Assembly: GCA_963663165.1 (NCBI GenBank)
Contig: OY760175.1
Coordinates: 2,976,001 to 3,040,000 of the forward strand
Source: an uncultured Desulfospira sp.
Lineage (GTDB): Bacteria > Desulfobacterota > Desulfobacteria > Desulfobacterales > Desulfobacteraceae
DNA: 64,000 nt
Direction: 5' to 3'
Below, in pieces: positions 37,658-48,682 of this stretch. A program made the position numbers and the translations under genes. Within the stretch, counting starts at the first letter, position 1. Every line of letters begins with the position of its first letter. The notes below the pieces were generated by a model that made no database searches, was not told where the DNA came from, and was given only the letters and a program-made list of their open reading frames with translations.

Positions 37658-38152
37658 TTACTCTTCTTGAAGATAAAGCGTGACCTTTTTACCGGTCTGG
37701 GTGACCAGCACCACCTTTAACGGGGTGATCTGGCTGACCTTGTACCCGGCATCCAGGATGAGTTCCCCGATGCTGTATTCCATTCCGTTAATGACCCCTA
37801 AAATGGTTTCCCCGACCTGGATAAACCCCGAGTAAATCAGGGCCGGCATGTCCTTTTCCTTTTCCCGGTCCTGATCGGCTGAATCGCCGGTGTACAGGAT
37901 AAACGGGTCACTCAGCCACATGCTTTCAGCCCTTGTTTTAATGTAAGCCAGGGCCTCTTTGCCTTTCCCGGCTTTTAATGCGGTCAGATTGGCATTGGCT
38001 TTCTGGGTAACGGCTTCAGCCTCGGTGGCAGCGGCGGCAATTTGCTGTTCAGCAGACCCTTGTTTGTCATTGCCCAGCACAAAGTAATCCAGCAGGCCGT
38101 AAAGGGCCAGCAGTCCTGCCAAAACGATGATGATGGTTTCTCTTTTATTCAT
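37658..38152 (-). CDS. Pilus alignment protein (PilP/MshK-like)
   Basis: N-terminal TM, DPF motif, VINGMEYSIGE; lies between PilO-like gene and secretin. Confidence 0.65.
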   Translation of the reverse strand: MNKRETIIIVLAGLLALYGLLDYFVLGNDKQGSAEQQIAAAATEAEAVTQKANANLTALKAGKGKEALAYIKTRAESMWLSDPFILYTGDSADQDREKEKDMPALIYSGFIQVGETILGVINGMEYSIGELILDAGYKVSQITPLKVVLVTQTGKKVTLYLQEE

Positions 38153-38169
38153 TGGTCCGCGTCATTTTT

Positions 38170-38739
38170 TTAATTGGAATGGTTATCGGCTATGGCCACC
38201 TGAACCCGTATATTGCATTGCCGGATATTCTCCTGATTTGTCGTAATTTCCATATTCTCAACGATTTTAAAACAGGGCAGCCCGGCGATGTCGATCAGGC
38301 AGGGCCTGAACCGGGTAAGCTCCCCTTTAAAGGTCAGGTCCAGGGCAATCATGCTGGCCCCGATATTAAAAGACTCCGTGTCCAGCCGGTTTTCCGACAG
38401 GATCACCCCGTGTTTCCGGGCGATATCATTAAACACCTGGGACAGGCCCGATACCTGGCCCCTTGAAATGGCCTGGCGCTCGGGAAAGGGAAGGGCCGCC
38501 TCAAAGGCCTGGTCGGCCAGGACCTGGGCTGCCGCATATACCGGGAAAAACCGTTTCTGTTCTTCCAGGCGGATGGATTGTTTAACCCAGGCCTCATTGA
38601 TATTCCGGATACGCCGGTACTTGGGGTACAACAGCCCCAAGGCCACCGCCACAATGAGAAGGACTGACCCGATAATCAGCCAGACCGTCAGGGAAAACTT
38701 TTTCTTATTCCCCTTTTCTCCCTTTTGTTTTCCTGCCAT
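38170..38739 (-). CDS. Pilus alignment protein (PilO/MshJ-like)
   Basis: Single TM, coiled coil, ferredoxin-like C-terminus; operon position. Confidence 0.65.
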   Translation of the reverse strand: MAGKQKGEKGNKKKFSLTVWLIIGSVLLIVAVALGLLYPKYRRIRNINEAWVKQSIRLEEQKRFFPVYAAAQVLADQAFEAALPFPERQAISRGQVSGLSQVFNDIARKHGVILSENRLDTESFNIGASMIALDLTFKGELTRFRPCLIDIAGLPCFKIVENMEITTNQENIRQCNIRVQVAIADNHSN

Positions 38740-40524
38740 CTAAAGTATCTCCATGTCTGCAATGAACTTAAGCACATTGGTGTCCCCGCTGTATTCCACT
38801 TTTTTATCCTCAAGCACCACATTCCCGAACAAGGGGGAGTCTCCAAGGGCGATCACATATCCGGTCAGAGAAGATTCAAGGGCTGTAAACTCCGCATTCA
38901 CCACGCCATGAAGCCTGAAGTGCCGCTTTTTCTCCGACATCTTCCGGCTCTTTTTTCCATTGGTATTCCCGGCATTGTCCTCTTTTGACGAAATCAGGCC
39001 GGCATCCACAGAAACAATGGAAATATTCTCCGGCGTCAGGGAACACAATTCGCTGACCACGGCAAGGGACAGATAATCACTGGTATAAGAACGAATCATC
39101 TCCACCTTTTTTTGGGCCTGGTGGATTTTCAGGTCCAGCACCCGGGGGGTGACCTCGGTTTCATACTGGGCCAGCTGGGCTTGAACCTGGTTGAGTTTTC
39201 TGGTTTCCTGATTCTGCACCTGGCCAAGCCAGGCCCAGACACCGCCGCAAATCAACAGTCCGGAAAGCCCGGCGGCAACCACCAGCATGTTGATCTTTCT
39301 GGCCTTTGCGGCCAGCTCCTTTTCTTTATGGGTGTAAAGGAAATTCGGGGTATAGGCGTTATCAGACAGGGCAATGCCGACGGCCGGAATGACACCGTTC
39401 CTTTCTACGGCCCTGCCGGGCGGTTCCAGGCCCAATGGCGTGCCGGTGCTTTCCCAGGGGGTAAACAGGGCGGCCCGGTCAGGCATCATTTCGCCGGCAA
39501 AGGTTAAAAACGCCTGGCTGTCATCGGTCTCCCCGAAAAAATAGTACTTTGAAATGGGCTCATTGGCCAGGTAAACGTTGGAGCAATACTCACCGGTTCT
39601 CTGGATTTTGCCCACCAGCCGGCCGGCAGCCCCGGCCAGATCCTCATACCCGGGGTCATCCAGTCTTTTCCTTTCCGCCAGAAACCCGGGGACATCGGCC
39701 GCATCCTGGGCAAGGGCGGTTCCTTCAAAGGCTTCAACCAGGCTGTGGGAACCGGTTTTAATACTTCTGGCCACCAGGACACCTTCCTGGGACAGGCAGA
39801 AAATTTCAGACCGGTGCCGCCGGATATTCACCAGGACAACCGGGTTTTCACCGATGTCCGGCTGTCCGGTCAGAATGCAGTTCTGGAGGGCAAAGGGCGT
39901 GCCGGTCACACCGGCAAGGGAATACCCGGCCGATGAAAACAGCCTCTTTAGGTTTTGTATGGCGGCCCGGCTGCCGGCAAAGGCCACCACATTTTTCTTT
40001 TTGGCCCCGCTTTCGGTGATATCGGAAATCGCCTCATAATCAAACACTTCTTCAACAGGATCAAATTCGATTTCTTTTTTCAATGCCCACATGGCCGCAT
40101 TGGCAAGCTTTGATTCCGGCAGGTTGGGAACAACGATTTTTCTTAATTTAATGTCTTTTGTATCAATGGCGGCCCATATGGAAACGTTTTTATAGCCTTT
40201 TAAAAAGCCGGACAGGCCGGACCTGAGGAATGCGGGAAACCGGCTGTCCTTCATATCCATATTGCCGGGATAGGGCAGGTTTTCCCATTTGACCAGTTCC
40301 TTTACCCCGCCCCGTTTCTGTTCCCCGGTCAACGCCATTGAAAGGCAGTTGGCCCCAAACTGAACACCGGCACAAAGGTTAAACCGGACGTTATTTTTAA
40401 GGGAGGCCCCCCCTGAAGCATCCGGAGAAATGGAGACCGGTTCCTGTGCCGAAAGCGGCGGATTCTCACTCCGAATGGAGTCCAACAATTTTTCGGTTGA
40501 ATTTAAGTCATTTGAATCTGTCAC
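38740..40524 (-). CDS. Fused PilM-PilN (MshI/GspL-like) pilus assembly protein
   Basis: Actin-like PilM region, GIAL...PNFLY junction, TM, PilN region (LCSLTPENISI...LHG...SPLFGNV). Confidence 0.75.
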   Translation of the reverse strand: MTDSNDLNSTEKLLDSIRSENPPLSAQEPVSISPDASGGASLKNNVRFNLCAGVQFGANCLSMALTGEQKRGGVKELVKWENLPYPGNMDMKDSRFPAFLRSGLSGFLKGYKNVSIWAAIDTKDIKLRKIVVPNLPESKLANAAMWALKKEIEFDPVEEVFDYEAISDITESGAKKKNVVAFAGSRAAIQNLKRLFSSAGYSLAGVTGTPFALQNCILTGQPDIGENPVVLVNIRRHRSEIFCLSQEGVLVARSIKTGSHSLVEAFEGTALAQDAADVPGFLAERKRLDDPGYEDLAGAAGRLVGKIQRTGEYCSNVYLANEPISKYYFFGETDDSQAFLTFAGEMMPDRAALFTPWESTGTPLGLEPPGRAVERNGVIPAVGIALSDNAYTPNFLYTHKEKELAAKARKINMLVVAAGLSGLLICGGVWAWLGQVQNQETRKLNQVQAQLAQYETEVTPRVLDLKIHQAQKKVEMIRSYTSDYLSLAVVSELCSLTPENISIVSVDAGLISSKEDNAGNTNGKKSRKMSEKKRHFRLHGVVNAEFTALESSLTGYVIALGDSPLFGNVVLEDKKVEYSGDTNVLKFIADMEIL

Positions 40525-41142
40525 AACAACCCCTTTAGGTATATGTCAATTCTGAGCACTTTTAACCTAAATGATGTCTAATTATCTGCCTTTAAATGCC
40601 AAAACGAAAGTGACGATATCCCAAAACGGATCCGGCCTTTCTATGTTCTAATTTCCAAACTTTCCCAAGACATTTTTTTCAACTTCTAGCGTGATGCCGG
40701 GCTCCTTTAGATACGGAAATAACAAGCATTATCCGTTGCTTTCACCCGGGCTTTAATTAAGCCTGTTTCACCGGTCTTGTCAATACCATTTCGGCCTTTG
40801 CAGGCAGATTATCCCCAATGGAGATGAATGAATAATTTTTTAAAAAAAGAAAACCTAAGTTGATCCTGCTGTAAAAGAACATCACCACCCATATAATGTA
40901 CTAAAAATACATAAAGATTTTTATTTTGACAACCCTTAAATGACATCCGGCCGCTTTTTCCTCTCATCCGGGCTGTTTTTTATCCATAAAAATTAAATAT
41001 GGACTTTCCAGGCTGATCCCGGGTATATTTTAACAGATTTCGCCATCGCCCTGATTATGACAGGATTAAAAACTTTTTTTACTTCAACGCAATTAAAGCA
41101 AAGAAAGTACTGTATATTTAAGGAACCTAGGAAAACAAATCA

Positions 41143-43215
41143 ATGCCGGAACAAGAAAATCACTTAGCGCCTTTCTTACAAAGCACCCCGACCATCCTGG
41201 CGGTGAATAATTCTAAAGTACTTTGCAAAGAAATTCAAAATGCTCTGGGCGAACAGGGGTTTAACGTCATTACAGCCGAGGACGGCGTTCAGGCCTTAGA
41301 AATGTTTGAACAGGGAAACGGTCCGGATATTGATATTATTCTCACGGAAAGGTCCCTGCCCCGGATGGACGGTATTACCTTTTGCCGGAAAGTAAAAATG
41401 GACCCGGATCTGTCGGCCATTCCGGTCATTTTCCTAACCTCTAAAACCCAACCGGAAATTCAATCCCTTATTTTTGAGGCCGGTGCCAGTGATTACATTG
41501 AAAAGCCCTTTATGCCCGATGTGCTGGCTGCCAGGATATACGTTCACCTTCAAAGCCGGGTATCCAAACGATACCTGAAAAACCAGATCCGCGAACAGAC
41601 CCTTATCCTGAAAAAAGCCAAAGAAGGGGCGGAAGAGGCCAACCAGGCCAAGTCCACTTTTCTGGCCAACATGAGCCACGAAATCCGGACCCCCATGAAC
41701 GGGATCATCGGGTATACCGACCTGCTGATGGAAACCGCCTTGTCATCCCAGCAGACCGAATACGCTGAAGCCATCCGGCAAAGTGCCGAGTCGCTGCTTT
41801 CCCTCATTAACGGAATCCTGGATTTTTCAAAAATCGAAGCCGGGAAAATGGAGATCGAGGCCATCGACATGGATCTTGGCCAGACCCTGGAACCGGTATG
41901 CAAGCTCATGGCGGCCCAGGCCAGCCGGAAAAATGTGGAATTTGTCCTGACGGTCAGGGAAAACGTCCCCAATTTCTTTAAAGGTGATCCCACCCGGCTT
42001 CAACAGATCCTCACCAACCTTTGCGGCAATGCCGTTAAATTTGTGGAAAAAGGAGAAATTCTTCTCGAAATCTCCTTAGCTGAATCATCAGGGGATGATC
42101 TCCTGCTCCGGTTTGAGGTCAGCGACACGGGCATCGGTATTGGCAAAAACCAAATCAAAAGACTGTTCCAGTCCTTTACCCAAGCCGACTCATCCACCAC
42201 CAGAAAATACGGGGGAACCGGTCTTGGGCTTACGATTTCCAAACAGCTCACCGAACTCATGGGCGGCGAAATCGGCGTGGAAAGCATCCCGGGGAAAGGC
42301 TCTAATTTCTGGTTTACGGCCAAATTTAAAAAATCGCCGGACAGCGACCGGTTTGACCCCAAAATCCCCCCTGAGTTCAAATCCCTTAAATGCCTGGTGG
42401 TAGACGATACCGACTCGGTAAGACGAAGCATGAGCCGGCTGCTCATCGCCTTGGGGTGCCGGGCAGACCATGCCCAGAACGCGACCATGGCCATGGAAAA
42501 AATCATGGATGCCCAGCTTGAATCCGATCCTTATGATACGGTTTTTATTGATCAGGACATGCCCGGGCAGGACGGCAAGGCCCTGGCCGCCATGCTCCCC
42601 AATACCGAAGGCCTCCAATTGCCCGGCCTGATTTTAATGGGATATGAATCCAACCGGCTGTCCGACACAGAGCTTGAAAGTTCCGGATTCAAGGCCTGTA
42701 TCTCCAAACCGGTCAACCGGTCCAACACCATGGAAGTCCTGGCCCATGCCCACGGGATTGCCTTTGAAAAGCCGGCCGTTACACTGCCCAAAGAGCCGTC
42801 ATCCCCGCCGCCTCCCCCTGCACCGCTGCCCAAAGGCCGGGGCCTGAACGTTCTTCTGGCAGAGGACAACAAGATGAACCAGCGGGTGGCCACCAACATG
42901 CTCAAAAAAATGGGGCATACGGTCACCCTGGCCCAGAACGGCAAAGAAGCGGTGGAGCTGTTTGCAGCATCAACCTTCCACCTGATTCTCATGGACGGGC
43001 AGATGCCGGTTTTAGACGGGCTTGAAGCCACACGGATGATCCGAAAATTAGAAGCCGAAAACAAGTCCCCGAGAATCCCCATTATCGCTTTGACCGCCAA
43101 TGCCATGGCCGGAGACCGGGAACGGTTCCTGGCGTCGGGAATGGATGATTATATCCCCAAACCGTTTAAACGCGAGGCCCTTTCAAAGGTTTTAGACCAA
43201 TTCCAACTTCAATGA
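41143..43215 (+). CDS. Cytoplasmic hybrid histidine kinase (REC-HisKA-HATPase-REC-REC)
   Basis: [33 protein letters not shown]-terminal REC atypical (ILTERSLP). Confidence 0.93.
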   Translation: MPEQENHLAPFLQSTPTILAVNNSKVLCKEIQNALGEQGFNVITAEDGVQALEMFEQGNGPDIDIILTERSLPRMDGITFCRKVKMDPDLSAIPVIFLTSKTQPEIQSLIFEAGASDYIEKPFMPDVLAARIYVHLQSRVSKRYLKNQIREQTLILKKAKEGAEEANQAKSTFLANMSHEIRTPMNGIIGYTDLLMETALSSQQTEYAEAIRQSAESLLSLINGILDFSKIEAGKMEIEAIDMDLGQTLEPVCKLMAAQASRKNVEFVLTVRENVPNFFKGDPTRLQQILTNLCGNAVKFVEKGEILLEISLAESSGDDLLLRFEVSDTGIGIGKNQIKRLFQSFTQADSSTTRKYGGTGLGLTISKQLTELMGGEIGVESIPGKGSNFWFTAKFKKSPDSDRFDPKIPPEFKSLKCLVVDDTDSVRRSMSRLLIALGCRADHAQNATMAMEKIMDAQLESDPYDTVFIDQDMPGQDGKALAAMLPNTEGLQLPGLILMGYESNRLSDTELESSGFKACISKPVNRSNTMEVLAHAHGIAFEKPAVTLPKEPSSPPPPPAPLPKGRGLNVLLAEDNKMNQRVATNMLKKMGHTVTLAQNGKEAVELFAASTFHLILMDGQMPVLDGLEATRMIRKLEAENKSPRIPIIALTANAMAGDRERFLASGMDDYIPKPFKREALSKVLDQFQLQ

Positions 43216-44957
43216 ACCTGATTCTTCCTTACTTTAAAAAAAACATTGATAAAATTCTTCTGGGAGTGGTCTGCATGATCCTGGTGGACGCCGCCCAGAT
43301 CCTGATTCCCCAGATTATCAAAAAAGCCGTGGACGCCCTTGCCCAGTCCCGGATGGACCCGTCCGCCCTCATGACCCAGTCCGCCATCATCTTTGCTTTG
43401 GCCATGGCCATGGCCCTGCTTCGGTATGTCTGGCGGGTCCTTCTCATGGGCAGTGCCAGGGATGTTGAAACCGGTTTGCGGGGCCAGTTGTTCAGCCATA
43501 TTCTAAAACTCCCCCCCCGCTTTTTTGACCAGACCCGGACCGGGGATATCATGTCCCATGCCACCTCGGATATCAACCATGTGCGCATGGCCTTTGGATT
43601 CGGTATTATTGTCCTGGTGGACACCATTCTTATGGGCGGGGCCACCATAGGGATTATGATCGCAACCCACCCCAAGCTTACGCTCCTTTCCATGCTCCCC
43701 ATGCCCTTTCTCATTTATTTTACCAAAATTCTGGGGCGAAAGATGCACGATTATCATAAGACCGCCCAGGAATCCCTGTCCATGCTTACGGAAATGGTCC
43801 GGGAAAGTTTTTTCGGAATCCGGGTGATCAAGGTGTTTAACTTTGAACCGGCAGCAGATAAAAAGCTGGCCCTTGCCGCCGGGGATTATTTTACGAAAAA
43901 TCTGAAACGGGCGGTTGTCACCGCGCTGTTAAAGCCGTTAATGGTCTTTTTTTTCAACCTCTCCACCCTGGCCATTATCGGTTACGGGGGCGTTCTGGTC
44001 ATGGAGCAGCAGCTTACCCCCGGGGAACTGGTGGCCTTTCTCCAGTACATAGGGCTTCTGGCCTGGCCGGCCATTGCCGTGGGCTGGATGATCAACCTGT
44101 ACCAGCGGGGCATGGCCTCTTTAAAACGGATCGGCACCCTTTTGGAAGCCCGCCCTGAAGCCCTGGATTCAGATGATCTGGTTCATGGCGTTGCCCTCAA
44201 AGGAGACATGGTGTTTGAAAACGCCTGTTTTGAATACACGGCGGCCGTTCCGGTCCTGTCGGACATCAGCCTTGCCGTAAAGCCGGGCATGCCCGTGGGC
44301 ATCACAGGCCCCCCGGGATCGGGAAAAACCAGCCTGGTTCAGCTCATTGCCGGGCTGTATCCTTTAACCAAGGGACGGCTTCTTATAGACGGCCGCAACA
44401 TTGGCGAATTTCAAACCAGTGACTTGAGAAGACAAATCAATTTCATGTCCCAGGAACCGTTTTTATTTTCCGGAACCCTGAAGGAAAACATTCTCATGGG
44501 CCGGGATATCAAAGGCCCTGACTTAGACCGGATTATCAATATCTGCGACCTTGCCCGGACCATTGACCGGATGCCGGACAAGCTGGATACCGTGGTGGGA
44601 GAACGGGGGGTGACCCTGTCCGGGGGGCAGAAACAGCGCCTGGCCCTGGCAAGGACCCTGGCAAGCCCTGCGCCCATTACCATTCTGGATGACCCCGTAA
44701 GCCAGCTCGATATTGATACAGCCCAAAGGGTTATGGCCGGCATCGCCGCAGAATTTAAAAAAATGAGCCCCTGCCCCAGCCTGATCATCATCTCCCACAG
44801 GCTTTCGGCCCTGGCAGAATGTGAACGGATTTTTATTCTCGATAACGGGCGGATTACGGACCAGGGAAGGCATGAGGACCTGATCCGGACCAGCCAGTAT
44901 TACCGGAAAACCTTCAACATCCAGCAGTTCGAAAAAGAGGCGGCCGCTCATGGATAA
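43212..44957 (+). CDS. Heterodimeric ABC exporter, subunit 1 (MdlA/TM287-like)
   Basis: TMD+[19 protein letters not shown], degenerate Walker B LDDP. Confidence 0.92.
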   Translation: MNLILPYFKKNIDKILLGVVCMILVDAAQILIPQIIKKAVDALAQSRMDPSALMTQSAIIFALAMAMALLRYVWRVLLMGSARDVETGLRGQLFSHILKLPPRFFDQTRTGDIMSHATSDINHVRMAFGFGIIVLVDTILMGGATIGIMIATHPKLTLLSMLPMPFLIYFTKILGRKMHDYHKTAQESLSMLTEMVRESFFGIRVIKVFNFEPAADKKLALAAGDYFTKNLKRAVVTALLKPLMVFFFNLSTLAIIGYGGVLVMEQQLTPGELVAFLQYIGLLAWPAIAVGWMINLYQRGMASLKRIGTLLEARPEALDSDDLVHGVALKGDMVFENACFEYTAAVPVLSDISLAVKPGMPVGITGPPGSGKTSLVQLIAGLYPLTKGRLLIDGRNIGEFQTSDLRRQINFMSQEPFLFSGTLKENILMGRDIKGPDLDRIINICDLARTIDRMPDKLDTVVGERGVTLSGGQKQRLALARTLASPAPITILDDPVSQLDIDTAQRVMAGIAAEFKKMSPCPSLIIISHRLSALAECERIFILDNGRITDQGRHEDLIRTSQYYRKTFNIQQFEKEAAAHG

Positions 44958-46755
44958 CACCGTCTTAGAAGAAAAAGAGGTCAAGCTGGCCAACACGGCC
45001 CTTGCCCGGGCCCTGTGGCCCTATATCCGGCCCTATGCCTGGATGCTGCTGATCTCCTCGTTTCTGGCCCTGGCCGTTACCGGTTTTGAACTGATCATTC
45101 CCCTGTTGATTCAAAAGGCCCTGGACGGATTTATTCTGCCGGCAGGCCCGGTCCCCGGCACCCGATTCTTTGGCATTGAATTTACGACATTCAAAGGCTT
45201 TGGCCTTCTTTTTTTCGGCCTGGTCCTGGCCGAGTTCGGCATCAGTTTTTTCCAGACCCTGTTCATGGAGTATACGGGCCAGAAAATCATTTTAAACCTG
45301 CGGTGCCGTCTTTTTTCCCATATGGCCCGGCTGCCCGTGGCCTACTTTGACAAAAACGCCAGCGGCCGGCTGGTGTCAAGGGTGGCTTCAGACATTGAAA
45401 ACATGAACGAAATGTTCACATCGGTCCTGATATTCATGGCCAAGGACATGGTTCTCATGGCCGGGGGCATAGCGGCCATGATTTATCTTGCCCCGGGGGC
45501 GGCCTTGCCCCTCATGGGGACGATTCCCATTATCCTGGCAGCGGCCATCCTCTTTTCAAGGGCGGCCCGGGGGGCTTTCAGGACCATCCGCCAGAAAATC
45601 GGGGAAATCAACCACCAGTTTTCAGAGGCCGTTACCGGCATTAAAGTGATCCAGACCATTCCGGCCGGGCCCGCCTTTATCAGGCGGTTCAACCGCCTCA
45701 ATCTGGCACATTTCAAGGCAGCTTTGTTCCAGATCAAGCTGTTTGCCCTGTTCATGCCCTTTATCGGATTCATGGCCACGGCCATGACGGCGGGCATGCT
45801 CTGGAAAGGCGGATTCTCCGTTATGGAAAACGCCCTGACCATTGGGGAGCTGACCGCCATTTTAACCTACATTAAAATATTTTTCCGTCCCCTAAGGGAG
45901 CTTGCCGAAAAGTTCAACCTGCTCCAGAACGCCCTGGCCTCGGCCGAGCGGATCGTTACAGTGTTAAATCAACGCCAGGCAAACAGTGCTGACCATATCC
46001 CCCAAAGGAAGATACCGGCCCCCATTACCGCCATCACCCGGATTGAATTTGACCATATCGGGTTTTCCTATAAAAAAGGAATACCGGTATTAAAGGACAT
46101 CTCCTTTTGTCTTGAGCAGGGAAAATCCATAGGAATCGCCGGCCGGACCGGGGCGGGGAAAAGCTCGATCATCAACCTGTTGACCGGATTTTACCCGCCC
46201 GATTCAGGCCAAATCCTCATCAACGGAACCGACCTTGGAAGGCTTGACATCGCAGCGGTCCGGGCCAGAACCGCCCTGGTCATGCAGGACCCCATCCTGT
46301 TTTCCGGAACCATCCGGGACAATATCCGCTCCTGGGGCACCGACCTTGGCGATACCCTTCTTGAATCCGCCCTGGAAAAGGCGGGATGCCGGTTTTTGTT
46401 TGAAAAATTTAAGGGCCTTGACACAGAACTCAAAGAAGGTGGCAATCCGCTTTCCAGCGGAGAAAAGCAGCTGGTCTGCATTGCCCGGGCATTTGCCTTT
46501 GACCCGGATCTGATTATCTTTGACGAGGCCACCTCTTATATGGATTCTGCTTCTGAGCAGGCCATTCACCAGGCCATGGAAAAACTGCTCTGCAACCGGA
46601 TGTCCATCCTCATCGCCCACCGCCTGTCCACCATCCGGAACTGCGACACCATCCTGCTGCTGTCCAAAGGCACCATCCGGGAACAGGGCTCCCACCAGAA
46701 GCTGGTGGGTCTTGGCGGGGAATACTTTCATCTGCTGCAAAAAGAGAATATATAG
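44950..46755 (+). CDS. Heterodimeric ABC exporter, subunit 2 (MdlB/TM288-like)
   Basis: TMD+NBD; GRTGAGKS, LSSGEKQ, FDEATS, AHRLST. Confidence 0.92.
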   Translation: MDNTVLEEKEVKLANTALARALWPYIRPYAWMLLISSFLALAVTGFELIIPLLIQKALDGFILPAGPVPGTRFFGIEFTTFKGFGLLFFGLVLAEFGISFFQTLFMEYTGQKIILNLRCRLFSHMARLPVAYFDKNASGRLVSRVASDIENMNEMFTSVLIFMAKDMVLMAGGIAAMIYLAPGAALPLMGTIPIILAAAILFSRAARGAFRTIRQKIGEINHQFSEAVTGIKVIQTIPAGPAFIRRFNRLNLAHFKAALFQIKLFALFMPFIGFMATAMTAGMLWKGGFSVMENALTIGELTAILTYIKIFFRPLRELAEKFNLLQNALASAERIVTVLNQRQANSADHIPQRKIPAPITAITRIEFDHIGFSYKKGIPVLKDISFCLEQGKSIGIAGRTGAGKSSIINLLTGFYPPDSGQILINGTDLGRLDIAAVRARTALVMQDPILFSGTIRDNIRSWGTDLGDTLLESALEKAGCRFLFEKFKGLDTELKEGGNPLSSGEKQLVCIARAFAFDPDLIIFDEATSYMDSASEQAIHQAMEKLLCNRMSILIAHRLSTIRNCDTILLLSKGTIREQGSHQKLVGLGGEYFHLLQKENI

Positions 46756-46785
46756 ATGGACTGGGCCGTATGGAAATACATTGAC

Positions 46786-46963
46786 TAACGGCCACGGGCC
46801 GATTGGATTGTTAATCCGGTTCGGCCCACAACAAAGCATGAAAGAATTACAGCAGCTTGCAGATTCTTTCATATAACCGTCACGGACGGCTTGGATTATC
46901 CAACCAAGCACCGTCCACAACAAATATTGAAAGTCTTCTCAGGACGTTAGTGAGACTTTCATA
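46786..46963 (+). repeat. Two tandem ~89-bp units, each with two hairpins (candidate structured ncRNA)
   Basis: Units 46786-46873 and 46874-46963 share taac..cacgg, ttggatt, cacaacaaa, tgaaag...ctttcata; stems covary. Confidence 0.75.
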
Positions 46964-46966
46964 TAA

Positions 46967-46999
46967 AAACAACCACCGGCTCAAAGCCGGTGGTTGTTT
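46967..46999. terminator. Strong hairpin, probable intrinsic (possibly bidirectional) terminator
   Basis: aaacaaccaccggc-tcaaa-gccggtggttgttt, perfect 14-bp stem. Confidence 0.7.
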
Positions 47000-47081
47000 A
47001 GTTCATATAAAGATTTTGACAACTCTGCGGCCCTGATAAAGATTCTGGACAAAACCGGGAGAGGATACTATTTTCAGGATT

Positions 47082-47494
47082 ATGATAATGACCAACCCCG
47101 GCAGGGTAACCGACCCCAACAGTATGGAAACAACCCTCACCTATGACGGCCGGAACCGGCTGCTGAACATGGTTACGGATGGAAAGACCGAGTCCAGAAC
47201 CTATACGGCAGCCGGGCTGGTCAAGACACTGACCGACGGGGCCGGCCGGACCCTTCAGTATGGTTACAACAGCAGCCACGGCCTGCCGGAAACGCTTGCA
47301 AATCCAACCGGGGAGTACGTATCCTATGCCTATGATATCAACTACAACCTGATCTCAAAAACCCTGAACAATGGCCAGGGAATCCGGACATGGTACCTGG
47401 GCCGGGATTATGGTGACCCTGCAAGCAACACGGATCTTTCAGCAGGGAAGCCCTGGAAAACCATTGTCCGCAACCAGGCTGACACGGAAGATCT
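47082..47494 (+). pseudogene. Rhs/YD-repeat protein fragment truncated by transposase element
   Basis: TDPNSMETTLTYDGRNRL, YTAAGLVKTLTDGAGRTLQYGY, YAYD repeats; no N-terminus; runs into the element end. Confidence 0.8.
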
Positions 47495-48320
47495 GGAAAA
47501 TGGGGTCAGAGTAAAATTAGGAAAATGGGGTCAGAGTAAAATTAAATATTGAATTATTTCATTACAATGATAAATTAAGCCCATGGCACGATTACAACGA
47601 ATAGCTCCAAAAAATATTCCAATTCATATCGTCAGAGGGGAAACAACCGACAGGTGTGTTTTGGGTCGGATGATAATCACGCGGCATATGTAGCGTGGTT
47701 AAAGGAATACTCAAAGAAATATAAAGTTGATGTGCATGCCTGGGCAATGATGAGCAACCACGTTCACCTGTTGTGCACTCCCCGGCAGGAAAAATCAATA
47801 AGCAGCATGATGCAGGCTTTGGGCCGCCGGTATGTTCGTTATTTTAATTATGAATACCAGCGAACCGGTACCCTTTGGGAAGGACGTTATAAATCATGCC
47901 TGATTGAATCGGAAACCTATCTTCTTACGGTCTATAGATATATTGAGCTTAATCCGGTGAGAGCCGGAATGGTTTTATCTCCAGGAGACTATCGCTGGTC
48001 CAGCTACCGAATTAATGCCTTGGGAAAAGCATCTGATTTGTGCGTACCCCACCCGGAGTATATGATGCTTGGAAGAAATTCCAGGGAACGTTGTGAAAAA
48101 TACAATTTATTATTTGAACACGATATTCATAAACAAGAAGTAGAGCTGATCAGAAAAGCTACCAATAAAGGCATGGTTGTGGGTAATGACCGATTCAGAA
48201 ACGAGATTGAGACATTGACGGGCAGAAGGGTCAGGGAAAAAAGGAGGGGCAGGCCCCCTGGATGGCGAAAGTCTGATATTTAATTTTACTCTGACCCCAT
48301 GACCCCGACCCCATGACCCC
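47495..48320 (+). mobile_element. TIR-bounded Y1/HUH (RAYT-like) transposase element
   Basis: Perfect 25-bp inverted repeats 47525-47549 / 48276-48300 (ATGGGGTCAGAGTAAAATTAAATAT); tandem-duplicated left end and stuttered TGACCCC right end. Confidence 0.85.
47583..48283 (+). pseudogene. REP-associated tyrosine transposase (RAYT-like), frameshifted
   Basis: MARLQR...HIV then -1 frameshift near 47633 restores QRGNNRQVCF; MSNHVHLL HUH, GTLWEGRYKS, YIELNPVRAG, YRWSSY. Confidence 0.85.
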
Positions 48321-48682
48321 AATTTTTTCTGTTCGTCCGTGTGAGTCCCTGTTTTTCTATCCTGTCCAAAATTGAGATTACTCTAAAGGACCGTTCGATT
48401 TCGATTTCGATTTCAACTATCCAGGCAGGAGGATAGATTAAAATTACAAACGATGAATAATTGGGATCAAAGCAAAATTAAACTTACCGGGAACGGATAC
48501 GGTATCTTGCTTTTAATCATGCCAGATTATCATTGCATGAACAAAACACGCGCGATATAACCCCACAGCAGGAATTGACATGACAGGGATCTGGGACATA
48601 CCGACCCGGGCGTCTTCCGATATGGAATGACAGATAAGACCCGTTGACCATAACATTAACTTAAAATAATACTCATAAATCC

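Noticed and set aside
40586..40604. Sigma-54-like TTTTGGCATTTAAAGGCAG upstream of pilMN
   Set aside because: GG-to-GC spacing is 9, not the required 10.
40525..41142. c-di-GMP riboswitch in the long pilus leader
   Set aside because: No GEMM-like motifs recognised on either strand by eye.
46786..47544. CRISPR array or integron attC cassettes
   Set aside because: Only two diverged ~89-bp units and one spacerless 25-bp doublet; no cas or intI genes, and attC boxes are not convincingly paired.
48394..48416. (TTCGAT)n hexamer run
   Set aside because: Only 3-4 intergenic units with no evident function.
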